Positions 36,117 to 48,962 of a stretch of DNA of 64,000 bases are shown in pieces. A program made the translations under genes and the position numbers. This DNA comes from Lama guanicoe (Eukaryota): contig MU054338.1 of assembly GCA_013239625.1 (NCBI GenBank), positions 1,552,001-1,616,000 on the forward strand, in the 5' to 3' direction. The notes beneath the pieces were generated by a model. That model saw only the letters and a program-made list of their open reading frames with translations. It was not told the origin of the DNA and did not search any database. Numbering within the stretch: the first letter of the stretch is position 1; each line of letters opens with the position of its first letter.

Positions 36117-37176
36117 TTTCTAAAGCTTCTGGGTTCTTTTGTATGTGCCACCTCGCCTCTGTGAGGGACCAGGACCCCGCCCCCCCACTCCAGCCGCGCT
36201 GGCCCTGCCCCTCCTCCTGCAGGCTCACCAGGAAGTGTTACTTAAGTCCGACTTAGCTGCTCCAGGCTCCTTGCAAAAACAGTGCCTCTTCTCTCTGCAG
36301 CCGGCGCCACCCAAGTCCAACAAATCTTTGCCTCTTTTTTTTTTCTCCCTCCTCCTGCCCCGTAGCAATTAAAAGACCGGTTTATTACGAAACCTGGCCG
36401 CCGTGCCGCTGTTACTGGCTGTGCTGGAGCCAACCCCAAGCTCTGGGCACATACAGACGCACCCCTGGGGGGCTGGCTACAGCCCCTGCCTGCCCAGCCG
36501 CCACCGCAGCCCCAGGTCCAGAGAGGTCAAGGGGACACCTGTGACCACACAGCGAGGGGGGCTTGGAGCTCAGAGCTGCCACAGCACTTGGGCCTTGCAA
36601 GAAGAGCTTGGGGGATCCCCCAGGGAGCACCCCCTCACCCAGGCCTTCTCCCTTCCAGAGTGGGCCTCTTCACAGCACTAAGACAAAAAAGTTTTTTTCT
36701 TCTTTCCCAAAACTAAAATCAACCAGCAGAAAAATACCCCAGGAAGTCGCGCTCCCGGCCCAGCTGGGCTTGGCACGCTGCTGCGTTCTGCCTCTAAACC
36801 GAAACTGGGAGGCCAGGGGGCCACCTCCTTGTTCTCCCGAAGTCGCAGGAGCGGCGACTTCCCCTCCCTGGGGCTGGGAGCTGGGAACGCGGCCCAGCTC
36901 TCCCTCTGGCCTCAGTCTTCCCGCCCGGAGTCTGTGGGCTGGGCTTGCGGCGCCCGGGCAACACCCCTTCCTCTCGGCCCTGCACCCCCGGCCTGGGAAC
37001 CGGGTGGGGAGGAGACCCGGGGACGAGCCGCAGGCCGCGACCTTTCCACGGAGCCCCACGTGGGCGCGGGAGGAAAACCCCGGCGGTCCCCCAGGAGTCA
37101 GGAGGCTGGGGGGAGCCCCGCCGGGGGAGGAGCGGGGAGGGAAAGAGAGAGGGGGAAGTCCCTGAGGGAGGGGCGG

Positions 37177-37601
37177 NNNNNNNNNNNNNNNNNNNNNNNN
37201 NNNNNNNNNNNNNNNNNNNNNNNNNNNNNNNNNNNNNNNNNNNNNNNNNNNNNNNNNNNNNNNNNNNNNNNNNNNNNNNNNNNNNNNNNNNNNNNNNNNN
37301 NNNNNNNNNNNNNNNNNNNNNNNNNNNNNNNNNNNNNNNNNNNNNNNNNNNNNNNNNNNNNNNNNNNNNNNNNNNNNNNNNNNNNNNNNNNNNNNNNNNN
37401 NNNNNNNNNNNNNNNNNNNNNNNNNNNNNNNNNNNNNNNNNNNNNNNNNNNNNNNNNNNNNNNNNNNNNNNNNNNNNNNNNNNNNNNNNNNNNNNNNNNN
37501 NNNNNNNNNNNNNNNNNNNNNNNNNNNNNNNNNNNNNNNNNNNNNNNNNNNNNNNNNNNNNNNNNNNNNNNNNNNNNNNNNNNNNNNNNNNNNNNNNNNN
37601 N
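37177..37601. other. Assembly gap (N run) in G-rich sequence
   Basis: 425 N. Confidence 1.
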
Positions 37602-38439
37602 GGGGGCTAGGGGGAACCCAGAGGGCCTAAGTGGGGGAGGGGGAGAAGGACCAAAGGAATCCCAGGAGTGCAGGAGGGGAGCCCAAAGTGGTAGAGAGGG
37701 GAGTCCAAGGAAGGCGGGGAGGGGAAGGGGGGGAGTCCCTGCTGGGATTGGGATGTGGGGAGCCTGCAGCCCCAGGGAGACGGAGGGGAATGACGAGGGG
37801 ATGGGGGCAGATGGGGAGATGGATCCCTGAGATGGAGCTGAGAGAGAGGAGGGGACTGGGGAAGGGGGAGCAGAGGCTGAGGGACCTCATTGGGTGGGGG
37901 GCTCAATGGGGAAGCACTAAGGTGGACACGGGCGGGTCCACTGTTCCAGTGGTGACCTGGGGTTCCCGGTGTCAGGTCACCTCGTGCTGCAGGTGAAGTT
38001 CCCTGCAGCTCCGCCCATGGGTGTGGGCCGCTCTGCCCCCATCCTGACCTTCACAATCCAGAAAGGCCGCGTGACCTCTAACCCTCTCCTAAGTCCCCTG
38101 TGCAGTGGGGACAAGACCCTCAGACCCTGGGCTCCAAGGAGATACAGGACATGGGCATGGGTGGAACCACAGCTGGGTGACCCTGAGCTAGTACCTTGAC
38201 CTCTCTGTGCCTTCAGTTTCCCCCTATGAAAAAGAGGATAATAATGCTAACTAGCCCACAGATGACTGGGCTAAATGAAATACACATTCCTTAGATTAGC
38301 GCCTCCAACAGGGAACAAATAAAAAGGATCAGCCGTTCTTATGACTCTGACGATTATCGCCATTTATTATGTCCCCTGCATTTACAGAATCATCTGTGAT
38401 CCTCTCACAGCCACCTTGTCAAATAGCAGAGCTGAGACT

Positions 38440-38700
38440 AGAGTGGGGGGAGGGGGACATGCCTTCTGTGCAAAATGTAAGACAGCAGGAACCCCAAACT
38501 CGCTCGGCGAGGTAAAGAACATTTTCAAACAAATGTATTTTCAATTCAAATGCAAACAAAAAAAAGAAAACCTCTTGGTGACCAAAGTTATAAATCAAGA
38601 TAAGATTTGTCCCTGTGCGCCCCCCACCTCCCACCCTGCGTGTGCCTGGGCCCGGAAACTGCACCCTCCTGCACTCTCACCTCTGACTTGGGTACCATTC
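38440..38700. mobile_element. MER96B-like fragment
   Basis: GTGCAAAATGTAAGACAGCAGGAACCCCAAACTC..AATGCAAAC; similar to 31324-31500. Confidence 0.55.
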
Positions 38701-40019
38701 ATCCCTCTGCCCAGAACCCTCTTTTTCTCCCTTTCCCCAGGCTGACCCCACTCATCTTCTTGTTCTCATCTCAGATGCCCCCACCGCAGGGAAGCCCTCC
38801 AGGGAGGGCCCCTGGGAGCCTGTCTCCTAGCTCCGCCCACTTCCCCTCATGGCACCTGCCCCATACCTTTGGGATGACACAATCATCCTGGTGTCCTTGG
38901 CTCCTTATCCACCTCCTGCGTTAGGCTGGGGATACAAGAGGGCTGGGAGAGAGGCATTTTTCTCACCCCCAGAATCCCTGTGTTTAAGCTCAGGGCCTGG
39001 GACCCAGTTGGCACTTAATGCTTGTGGCCTAAAAATTCACACCTGGATCCCAGGTCGTATATAACTAGAGACTGACCCATCAGTGACCTCCTTCTCTAGG
39101 ACAGACTGTTTTGTCCCTAAGGGCTGAGACCTGGCCAAACACAGTGACACCACCTAGCCCAGGGAAGCTGGATCTGGGCAGTGAGGGCGGCTGGCCTGGT
39201 GCCCTTGAGCAAATCGTGTGTTCTCTTTGGCCTCAGTTTCCTTATCTGTACCGCAGGCAGACTAATAGGCCTGCCCTTCTCTTGGGGCTGTCTGCCGTGA
39301 GGCTGGAGTGAGGGAAATACATAAGGCATTTAGCAGTGCGGGGAGCCGTCCAAAGGACGGAGCTGTCGCTGTGGCAGTGTCGGTACATGGCTGTTTATCT
39401 GATGCCTTCTACCTGTGCAGGGCGCCTGCCTCTACCTGTGTCCCTGTGAGCAGGAGTCGGTCTCTGAAACTCTGCAAGGCTGCGATTTTGGGTGCTTGGA
39501 TCTGGGTGGGTACATGGGGCTCCGACAGCTAACGTGCACGTGTGGCTGGGCCTCCAGGCCCTGGCGGCCCCCGAGTGAACCTGGGGCCCAGAACTGCTGA
39601 CCAACTGGGACGCCAAGGTCACACCCAGAGACCTGCAGCCTCACCCAACCCAGAGGCACTGGTTTTGCTTCTCCCATGAAGGGGAGGTGCCGGGGGCACG
39701 GCCTGCGGGCTTAGTGGGGCAGGGGCAGGTGTGGCCGGTGGCCGGGGGACTGTCAGTCCTACGCTGTGGGCGTGGGCGGCCACGTGTGCTGGCTTGTGTG
39801 GACGGCACATTGCCACTCAGATTTGCACACTCGCGTGGACACACTCACATGGACACATGAGCGCGCACACCACACACGCCATTGCTCTTGCCCTGACACT
39901 GCACCTACCCATCCTATGAGTCCTGCGGTGGCCGAGACCCAGCCTAAGTACCCTGACGGGGGGGGGGGCTTCCACGACGGGCATTCACTGGCTCCCAGTC
40001 CAACGCACAGGTGTCAGCA

Positions 40020-40297
40020 GGGCTGGGAGAGGTCTTCCCAGGCCTGTTTCTGGTGGCCTCAGGTCTTCCTTGCCTGCTAGGTGCTCTCATGTCTTCACAC
40101 TGTCTTCCTTCTACGTGTGTCTGTATCCAGTGTCCCCTTCTTATAAGGAAACCAGTCTTATAAGGATCAGGGCGGCCCTAATGACCTCATCTTAATCTGA
40201 TCAGCCACCATGACCCTATTTCCAAATTACTTCCCATCCCAGGTACTGGGGGTTAGGACATCTGCATCTTTTGAGGGGACACAATTCAACCCATAAC
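40020..40297 (-). mobile_element. MLT1 LTR fragment
   Basis: TTCTTATAAGGAAACCAGTC..CCTAATGACCTCATCTTAA..GACCCTATTTCCAAAT..GGGGACACAATTCAACCCATAAC. Confidence 0.75.
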
Positions 40298-41444
40298 CCT
40301 CCACCCGCAAGTTATCCAAACCCAAATTCCCAGCCACACTTGAGGATCCATGAGACCACCAAGCTCACGTGCAATCCGGCGCACACAGGCCAGGGAGGGA
40401 GGGGGCATTCATCTATTTATCCACCAACTTCACCTTCATGTTTCAGGGTCGTTCCTGAGGGTGTCAACTTCCCTGGTGCTTCTTGCCTGCCCAGAAGGGG
40501 TCCAGGAAAGGCCCCAGGAAGGCTGTGTGGTGTTGGGGATTGTCCCAGGTCACCTCTGGGGTGGCTGAGAGGACATGAGTAGCTAGCATCCGGGAAGAGT
40601 GGTTCTCAGACCTCAGGGTGGACAGCGGGCCACGGGCTCAGCCTCACACCTCTGGTTCCTTCCATGTGAGGGGTAAGATGCATCCCTGGGGTACCCATGT
40701 CTGCCTGAGACAGGGATCCCCTTTCTAGGAAGCAGCATAAGGAATCCAGGCACTTCCTGGGATAAGTATTGGGCTAGCTTCTAAATAATGCTTTCTCCAT
40801 GTCCCAGGGGTCAGGGTGGGACCTCTGGCCCTGTCCCTCTTGTCCTCACCCTTCCCGTTCCCTCTGCAAACTCCCACCAAGCACTTCCCAGCTCAGCACC
40901 TTGGCCTGTGGTCCCCTTGGCCTGGGGTGCCCTCCCTGGGCCACCAGCCCTCTTTTCTCTCCTCACCCCAGTTCACGGGCAGAGGGTGTGCGTGAGCCTC
41001 CCTGCTCAGATTTTCAGGGTCCCAGTGGTGCCCTGGGCACAGTGGGATAGGAAGCGCTGGAGGAGTGTGGCTTTGTCTGCTGGAAGTGGAAAGTTTGGGA
41101 ATGACGCCCCCTGGAGTTGTGCACCAAGGAGGCTGGGGGATCTGCATGCTGACGCCCCCAGCCCCACCCCAGTGTGGAGAGAGAGGCACGCACGTGGACA
41201 TGTTCACCAGTGACCAACAGCCTTGCAGATACCCAGGGACCCAGAGTGACACGCAGCCCGAGTGACACTACCACCCCGCAGGAGCGGCAAACACACTCAC
41301 GCAGAGACACACACACTCAGACACACACGGCAGAGGCATCTGAAGGAGGGCGGGGGTCCCTGTTCTTTTCTGCACGTTGTTCTTTCTTGTTCCCACCCAC
41401 CCTTTGTTCCTGCGCGCCAGGTTCCCAGGCTCTGGGGCTGCGCT

Positions 41445-41504
41445 GGGCTGTCATGGGGAGAAGGGCGTCGCGGGGCTGTCATGGGGAGAAGGGCGTCGCG
41501 GGGC
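41445..41504. repeat. Perfect 28 bp tandem duplication
   Basis: GGGCTGTCATGGGGAGAAGGGCGTCGCG x2. Confidence 0.95.
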
Positions 41505-42387
41505 AGCCAAAGACCCCCCATGCACACGTGTGCGCGCCCATCCCAGGCATGAGCACGCGCGGGGCGGAGCGCGACTGCAGGCTCGGGATCTGGGACAGCT
41601 GACCGGGTGGGGGCAGGGCAAAGTTCAGGCCCAACCGGGAGGGGCAGCCGCAGAGCTTTGGATGCGAATCTGAATCTGATCTCGGTGGTTTACCAGCTAT
41701 CGGCGCTCGCTCGCGTGACTCAGTTTCCCCCTCCGTAACAGAGAAAGTCTAACTGCCCTCCCACGTGCCGACGTGAAACCAGATAATTCACCGAAGCGCT
41801 TAGCAAAACGCTGGGCTTGGAGAACCCTCATTACCCCTTCGCTCCACCCCACCCTCCCTCCAGACGCTCGGGGAGGGGGGTGCGCTGACCCAGGCCGCAG
41901 ACGCCCCTCCCTCCCCAGCAGGCAGGAATCCCGGCTTCCTCCTTCCTTAAATTGGATAATTGGAGACAGAGGTGGGCGTGTGAGAGACAGAAATCCCCGA
42001 GTGGGCGAAGTGCAGGGGCCTGTCCCCCGCTTTCCCCACGTCCCAGGTCGGACTCTCACCGGCGCCCCCGCGGGTGCGCCCCGGGCGCGCAGCCCTTGCG
42101 CACCGAGCCCCCAGCGCCGGCCGCCGGCCCCCTCCCGTGCCCCGCGGTGCGGACCTCCCCGGGGTGCCCGCCAGGCGCGGTGTCTGCGGCCGCCCCGGCG
42201 TGGGGCGGCCCCGGCCCGTGGCGGCCCCGGCGGCGTCTCCCCGCTCCCGTCCCTGGCGGCGGGCGGCCGGGCCGAGGGCGGGGCGTCTGCACAGACCCTC
42301 CTTTTGTGAGCGGCGCCTTCCCCGGGCGGCCTGGCGCGCAGGGCCCGGGCACCGCGCCAGCGCCCGGAATAGCCTCCCCGCCCCGCC

Positions 42388-42479
42388 NNNNNNNNNNNNN
42401 NNNNNNNNNNNNNNNNNNNNNNNNNNNNNNNNNNNNNNNNNNNNNNNNNNNNNNNNNNNNNNNNNNNNNNNNNNNNNNN
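42388..42479. other. Assembly gap (N run) inside the CpG island at ~41500-42750
   Basis: 92 N. Confidence 1.
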
Positions 42480-42769
42480 GCGTCTGCCCCCGGGCGGTCC
42501 GCGCCGGGGCGCCCGTGGGCGGGCCCTCCCCTTCCTGCAAAGGCTACTGCGGGCGGCCCCCGTCTGCGCGCAGGGCCCGCTGTGTGCGCGGGCCCCCACC
42601 CGCCTGCAGACACCTACCGCGCGCAACCACGGGCATGAAGCAGCCACTGTGCGTGGCGCCTGAGCGTGGGCCCGCGCTCACCGGCTCGCGAACGCCCGTT
42701 AGCGGAGACACCGGACCCTCAAATACCGGCGTGTGTGCGGGCACCACGTGCAGGTAAAAACCCTAATGC

Positions 42770-42908
42770 TAGGGGGAGGGGATAGCTCAGTGGTAGGGGG
42801 CGTGCCTAGCATGCAAGAGATCCTAGGTTCAATCCCCAGTACCTCCATTAAATAATAAACAAACTTAGTTACCTCCTTCCTCCAAAAAAACTTAAAAAAC
42901 AAAACCAA
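42770..42908 (+). mobile_element. Vic-1-like SINE with perfect 14 bp TSD AAAAACCCTAATGC
   Basis: TSD at 42756-42769 and 42909-42922; A and B boxes intact. Confidence 0.9.
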
Positions 42909-44639
42909 AAAAACCCTAATGCGAGCACACCTGCTTTCTGACACCCGCGGTGTGCGGTCACCAGGACAGTGCAAATGTTTCCCCAGTTCAAAAGTTCGCT
43001 GCGCAGAACCCCGACCCCAGGAGATTTGGGGTAGAAGCACCCACTGAGAGCCACGACCCTCTTCAAGAGGCCTCTGTGTAGGCCTCAGTTTCCCCTCTGG
43101 GAGAGTGGCTCTGCGCTGCTTGAGCCTCTGCTGGTTCTGAACATGAGGGGCTCTGCGGGTGTGAGAGGAAGTGGTTTGCACTCTCCTCCACTGTGTGCGT
43201 CTGGCCGGTGGACTGAGGCGTGCAGGGCTGGGGGCAGGGCCTCCCCAGGTCTTCCTGGAAGCCCGGGAGCAGGTGCAAGGGCAGGCAGCCTCTGCCGGCA
43301 GCCGGCCAGCGGGTGGCTTCCCTGAAACTGGGCACAGCAGCTGGGAGAGGTTTCCGGGCCCGCCTGGCCCCACCTGGCCCCGGGCACTCTCGGCAGAGGG
43401 GCGAGGCGGGCAGGCAGTGCCAAGGGGAAGCCGGGCCGGCCTGCACAGGCCTGTGCGCATACGCAGGAGCCACCAGGGATGTGTCCGCACACCTGTGAGC
43501 CTGCCTGTGCCAACTCTGCAGCCCGCGTGCACGCACGCTCACACACACACACAGCCCTGCACGTGTGGGCTGCACGTTAACCACAGGACACAGGCCATGG
43601 CCCTGGGGGCCCTGTGCCCTGAGTGTTTGTCTGCTCTGCTGACCGTGTTTGGGCAGTTGGTTGGCTCTGGGTAAGTATTTTGGAGAGAACAGGTGACCAA
43701 GTGCAGGCATCATTTTCCAACTATGTATCTAGTGTTCACCATGTGGTGGGTACTTGTCCATCCCTGAGCAGCAAAAAGATCCTTGGGGCGACATCCTAGA
43801 CACATGGGGAAGGGTGTGAAAGAGCCCACACCTGCATACACCTGTGGGTACCATGCACTCGGATCAGGACACACCTGAGGCCAGCTTCATGGATCAACCT
43901 GCGGAAACCAGAGCCAGGTGTCCACACACAGGCCTTGTGGATACACATACATTTCTGTGCACACGACTTCCCATCTCCTCTGCCCGCCACCTGCCTGTGC
44001 TAGCCAACTGCCACCCCACCGCTGGCCTCCCCTCCTGAGGCCACTGGATGTCCACACCTAAGTTTGGAGGGCTCCATGGGGCACGATGACCTCTGCCCCC
44101 GCCTCCCCGAACATCTGCTCCCAGGTGCCCCACGGCCTAGAATCTCCCCCATTTAAGCTTCTCCCTGGGCTTGGGCTGTTTCTGCAGAAAGCTTCAGAAG
44201 ACATGCAGCCAGAATTGATGGGCTCAGATCTATGCCAGATGGGGGGCGGGGAGGGTGGGCTCCTGGATCCCCTAGAAAGCCTGGGAAACTGAGGCCAGGA
44301 GGGGCATGGGGCAGTGAACAGCAGCCAGCCAGTCGGCGCCCACTTCCTTTTCATACTTTTGCAGCCAAAACAGTAGGTTCCCAGGGCCTGCAGCCAGGGT
44401 CAGGACAGGAAGGTGGGGACCAGGCCAGAGGAGGCGGCCTGTAGGGGGAAGTGGCCTGTCTGCGTCCTGGAGACAGTGAGGCCGGCAGCCCAGAAACGCC
44501 CGCCTCAGCAGACAGACACACAGCTGACACAGACCCAGTCTGGGACACACAGACACTCGTAGGCCTGTTCCCATCCTGTCTCAGATGATCCTTCCCCGGC
44601 ATCCAAATGGGGCTCCCAGGATGCCTCCCCTGCTGGAGA

Positions 44640-44915
44640 CTGTGTGTGTGTGTTTGGCATGTATGCACGTATGTGTAGGTGACACGCATTTGTTTCTGTG
44701 TGCATGAGTGCACATAGGTTTGTTTTTCATGTGTAGAACTGTGCGTCCATAGGATTCATGTAGGTGTGTGCATATTTTCGTGGGAGCCCATGTGTACTCA
44801 CATGCATTTGTGCAGATGTGTTTTGGGTGTTTCTATGCATGTATATTTTTGTATGTCTGCCCACACGTGTGCTTATGTGTTGGTGTGTTGTGTGTCCTCA
44901 CACACGTGTGTGTGT
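44640..44915. repeat. TG-rich low-complexity tract
   Basis: Degenerate (TG)n/(TGTA)n. Confidence 0.75.
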
Positions 44916-45094
44916 TGGAGAGGGAGGCTCTGGTGCTCCAGGCGTCCCTGGCAACCAAGCTTCATATTCGGGGATCTAGTGTCATGGGGTTGGGGCCACT
45001 TGCACACACAGAACAATAGCAACAGCAGTAATAATAACTGCCAGTGTCTGCTGCTGCTTTACTAAGTCTGGGGCATTTTTCTACACACCTTCCT

Positions 45095-45660
45095 TTTTTT
45101 TTTTTGTAGCTGGGTTTGCAGAGGTACAATTCACAAGACAGTGAATTCAGACTTTTTAGGAGTACAATTTGATGAGACAAATGGATACAGTCATCCCCAT
45201 CCCAGAGGCCCCTTCCTGCCCCCTGTGCCATCAGTCCCCCAACCCGCCCCTACAACTACCACCTGCTCTGTCCCCAGAGCTCGGCCTTCTCCAGGAAGTC
45301 ACCCTCCACGCCCCACCCAGCCCTTGACAACTGGGACTCCACTTCCCGTCTCTGTGGACTGGCCTGTTCTGGACATTTCATATAAATAGAATCACTTGTT
45401 GTGTGTCCTTCTGCATCTGGCTTTTCTCACTGAGTGTCAATATTTCGAAGTTAGTTCCTCTTTATTGCTGACTACAGTATTCCATCGTAAGGCCCGACGT
45501 GCTTACCTGTTCACCTGGAAGTGGACAGTTGGGTTGTTTGCAATTTATGGCCTTCAGGAATGAAGTTGCTGCAAACATTCACAGGGGGGTCTTGGTGTGG
45601 ACCGGGTTTCACTTCTCTTGGATAATACCTAGGACTGGGGTTACTGGGTCCCATGCTGAG
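45095..45660 (-). mobile_element. L1M 3' fragment
   Basis: GTCTCTGTGGACTGGCCTGTTCTGGACATTTCATATAAATAGAATCA..TGGACAGTTGGGTTGTTT. Confidence 0.7.
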
Positions 45661-45999
45661 TAAGCATCTCATTCATTAATGCATTTATCCCTCATAATCT
45701 AGGAGGTGAGTACTATTATTAGATGCATTTTATATATAATCAGAGTAGCTGTTCCCACAGATCTCTCTCACAGACACAACGCACGAGTACGTTGGGACCT
45801 TGCCCCCATCACCCACCCGAGGCCCACCAGGACCCACGCACATGCCCATGGCTTCCCACGGCGCACACAGCAAGCCAGCGTGGTTGTCACGCCCTACAGC
45901 CCCATAACAGACGCCGGTGGGGCCTGCAAACCCAGACGTGCTGCAGACACACTGCGATTTGTTCATCTTTCCAGCCAACCCGTCTCGTCCTGACAGTAA

Positions 46000-47620
46000 T
46001 TAGCTCCCAGACTGGCGGGGAGACGGTGAACAGGCTCCGAGTCATCGCCGCGGGCCCACGCCCACAGGCCACCGGCACCTGGCAACGTGTGTGTCCAGGG
46101 TGGCGCCCCCTCCTCTCCTCCACCCCAGAGATCACCGACAGGCCCGGGGGTGGGGGCCAGGGCTCAGGCCAGGGTTTCCCGCCCCCTTCCTAGAGCCAGC
46201 CGGGGTCCTGCACGCAGGCCTACGGTGCCTTCCAAGCGGGACCGTGCCTGTGAACTTGTGCACGCCCGCAGCCCCCTGGCGCGCAAGCGCGTGGGTGCAC
46301 GGAGACGCTGCGGGCGTCCCTGCGGGAGCCCCGGCACTCCGCGCTCGGGTGAGCGCGAACGCGCGCGGGCGCGCCCGGGGCCAGGCCCCGCCCCGCTGCC
46401 CGGGCGCCGGCCGGAAGACCCGTGGCGGCGGGCGCTGGCGTCACGGGTTTCCACTGAGGCCCCCGCGCGGGGGCCGGGATTCCCTGGCGCAGGACCGCCT
46501 GTGACGGCGGCGCCAGCCTGCGTCGGCCGCGCGGGGAGGCCGGGCCCGCTGGGGTGACGTCAGCCCCAGCCTGTCTGGAGCCAGCCCGGGCGCGCACGGC
46601 CAGGGTGGGCGGGAGGGGGGGCCGGAGAAATGAAAGCGAACTCCGGCTGCCGACACGTGCTCTGAGCTTCGTGTCTGCCCCGCCGCCCGCCGAGCGCTGC
46701 TCCGCCAGGCGCTGATCTGGGTGCTGCTTATGTCCCCATTTCACAGATGCAGAAAACGAGGCCCGCGGGCCCTCGTTTGTGAGACTTGCAAGCCTGGCGC
46801 CTCATCTCGGGGTTCTCAGAGAGTCACCCAGTCCAGAGTGAGGGATCGGGGCTGGAAGCCCCAGTTGTCCAGCGCTTTCTGGGGTCCAGACCCCCTAGCC
46901 CCTAGTCTCCCTCTCTTTTCCGCATTAGACAGGCTCAGCAAGGGCCTGGATTGCCCTGGCGCCACCCAGCAAGTCCGGTGCTCAAGCCAGATCTGTCCAC
47001 CTAGTTGGTCTCTCCCCAGCTCTAGACCCTGCGGTGGCCAGAGGTGGTGCCCGCATCCGAGCTCGGGCGCCCAGGCTGCCCAGCGGGGTGTGCCCACCGG
47101 CTGGCTGCCTTTGTGCTGAGGCCAGGGCGAATAGACACTAAAAATAGCCTGGGAGGAGGCGAGGGCTATTTTTAGCCTGCGTGGCTAGGCCCCTCCCAGT
47201 TCCCGGGTCAGCAGCCCTCAGGCCGGGACAGCAGGGCGTCGGGGTGGGAGGAGGTGATCTACTTCCCAGGTCCCCACTCCTCCTGGGCGTCCCGACCCGC
47301 CAGGTCCGGGCGTCACCCCCCTGCCCTTCTGCGCACTGCCAGCCCTGGGGAGGACGGGCTGTAGGGGAGAAAGGCCCTGGCCGGGGGAGAGGGGAGGGTT
47401 GCCCGAGGCCACCTTTCCTGAAACCCCACCCCCTTCTCTAGCTGCCCTGGCCTTTTGTTGGGCGGGGAGCCTGCTTTCTATTTTGGGAAGGTGTTGGAAT
47501 AATTTCTCCGGCTAAAAATAGCCGGTCTGGGGATTCCTCCACCCAAACCGGCCGCGCCGCCTGTCCTCCTCCTCCTCCTCCCCCGGTTGACCCAAAGCTT
47601 GCCTGGATTATAAAGGGCAG
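46000..47620. promoter_or_regulatory. Candidate signal-responsive enhancer (CpG island, full CRE, three MEF2 sites, kB site)
   Basis: TGACGTCA at 46555-46562; CTAAAAATAG at 47138-47147 and 47512-47521; CTATTTTTAG at 47166-47175; GGGGATTCC at 47529-47537. Confidence 0.65.
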
Positions 47621-48507
47621 ACATGCAGAACCCAGGAGCTGGGGGAGTCTCCCTTGGGGCAGACCTGGAGTGACAAGCCCCGCATGTTTACTGGCTGTGG
47701 GGGGAGGGGGCTCTCAAGGGCGTTCCAACGTTCCAGGTGAACCAGACCTTCCGGCTTCCTGGAATCCATGACATCTGAATTCCATCTCCAGGGCAGGCAG
47801 GGCAGGTCTCCCCAGACTCTGACCTTTCACCTTTACGGGTGTTGACTGGTCTGCTCTGCTGAGAAGAGACCTTGACCTTCACACTCTTTGACCCGGGGTT
47901 CCCTTTGTCCCCAAGATGAAAATCTGTTCTGTGAGGGTTACATCGAGACATAGAGGACCCAAGGCTGGAGTGGGACCCATATAAGGCTCATTCCTGGATG
48001 GTTTCATCTCCATCCACACTTCACAGCTGGGCAACCTTGGCGCAGTGAGTTCACTTCTCTGTGCCTCAGCTGCCTCCTTCTGGAAAAGGGAGTTAATAAT
48101 CACCATGGAGTGATTGTAAAAGTGTGAGTTAATAGATTAGAGATCTTAGAACAGCATCCTGGCAGATGGTGGAGCCTATGGCCCCAGTAAGACTGCTGTG
48201 ATGTGTACCCCTGGAGCTAAGAAGAATTTCTTGGGTTCCAGTGGGCTCCACATTTTGAGATGACTCTCCGGCCACCTCCTTACTCCTCACAGTCCTTGAG
48301 GCTCACAGGAGTGACCCCCGTGCTACAGATCAGGAAACTGAGGTCCTGGGATAATTTCATGAGACAAGGGTCTCATGACTGATGACACATTTGGAGGCCA
48401 GAATGGTGTCCTGGCTCCCCTGGCTCTGACCCACACCGTGTTCCACAGCTGCCTTTTGTATGCGTTCATCTGTCCCTTCACTCATTCAGCAAATATTTGC
48501 TGGACAC

Positions 48508-48962
48508 TGTATGAGTTGCCGCTTGCTGCTGTAATAAGTCAGCACAAACTTAGTGCCTTAAAACAAAGCAGATATATTCAGTTACAGTTCTGGAGGTCAG
48601 GAGTTGGAAGTCTGTTTTACTGGGCTAAAATCAAGGTTTCCACAAGACCATGTCCCTTCTGGAGGTTCTGGGGAAGAATCCATTTCCTGGCCTTCTCTAG
48701 CTTCTAGAGGCACCCGCATCCCTTGGTTCACGGCCCCACATCACTTGGCCTTCTCTGTCTGGCTCTAACCCTCCTGCCTCCCTCTTGTAAGGATCTTGCG
48801 ATGACATGGGTTCCCCCTGGGGAATCCAGGTTCACCCCGTCTCAAGATCTTTAATCCCATCAGCAAAGTCTGGAAAATAATCACAGGTTTTAGAACCTTT
48901 AGAGCATTAGGATACGGACATCTTTGGGGGAGGGGAAGGGGGCATTATTCAGCCTACCACAG
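48508..48962 (-). mobile_element. MLT1 LTR
   Basis: TGTATGAGTT..GCTGCTGTAATAA..TTACAGTTCTGGAGGTCAG..CATTATTCAGCCTACCACA. Confidence 0.8.

Noticed and set aside
36829..37830. ORFs spanning N runs (also 41697-42757)
   Set aside because: Artefacts of assembly gaps.
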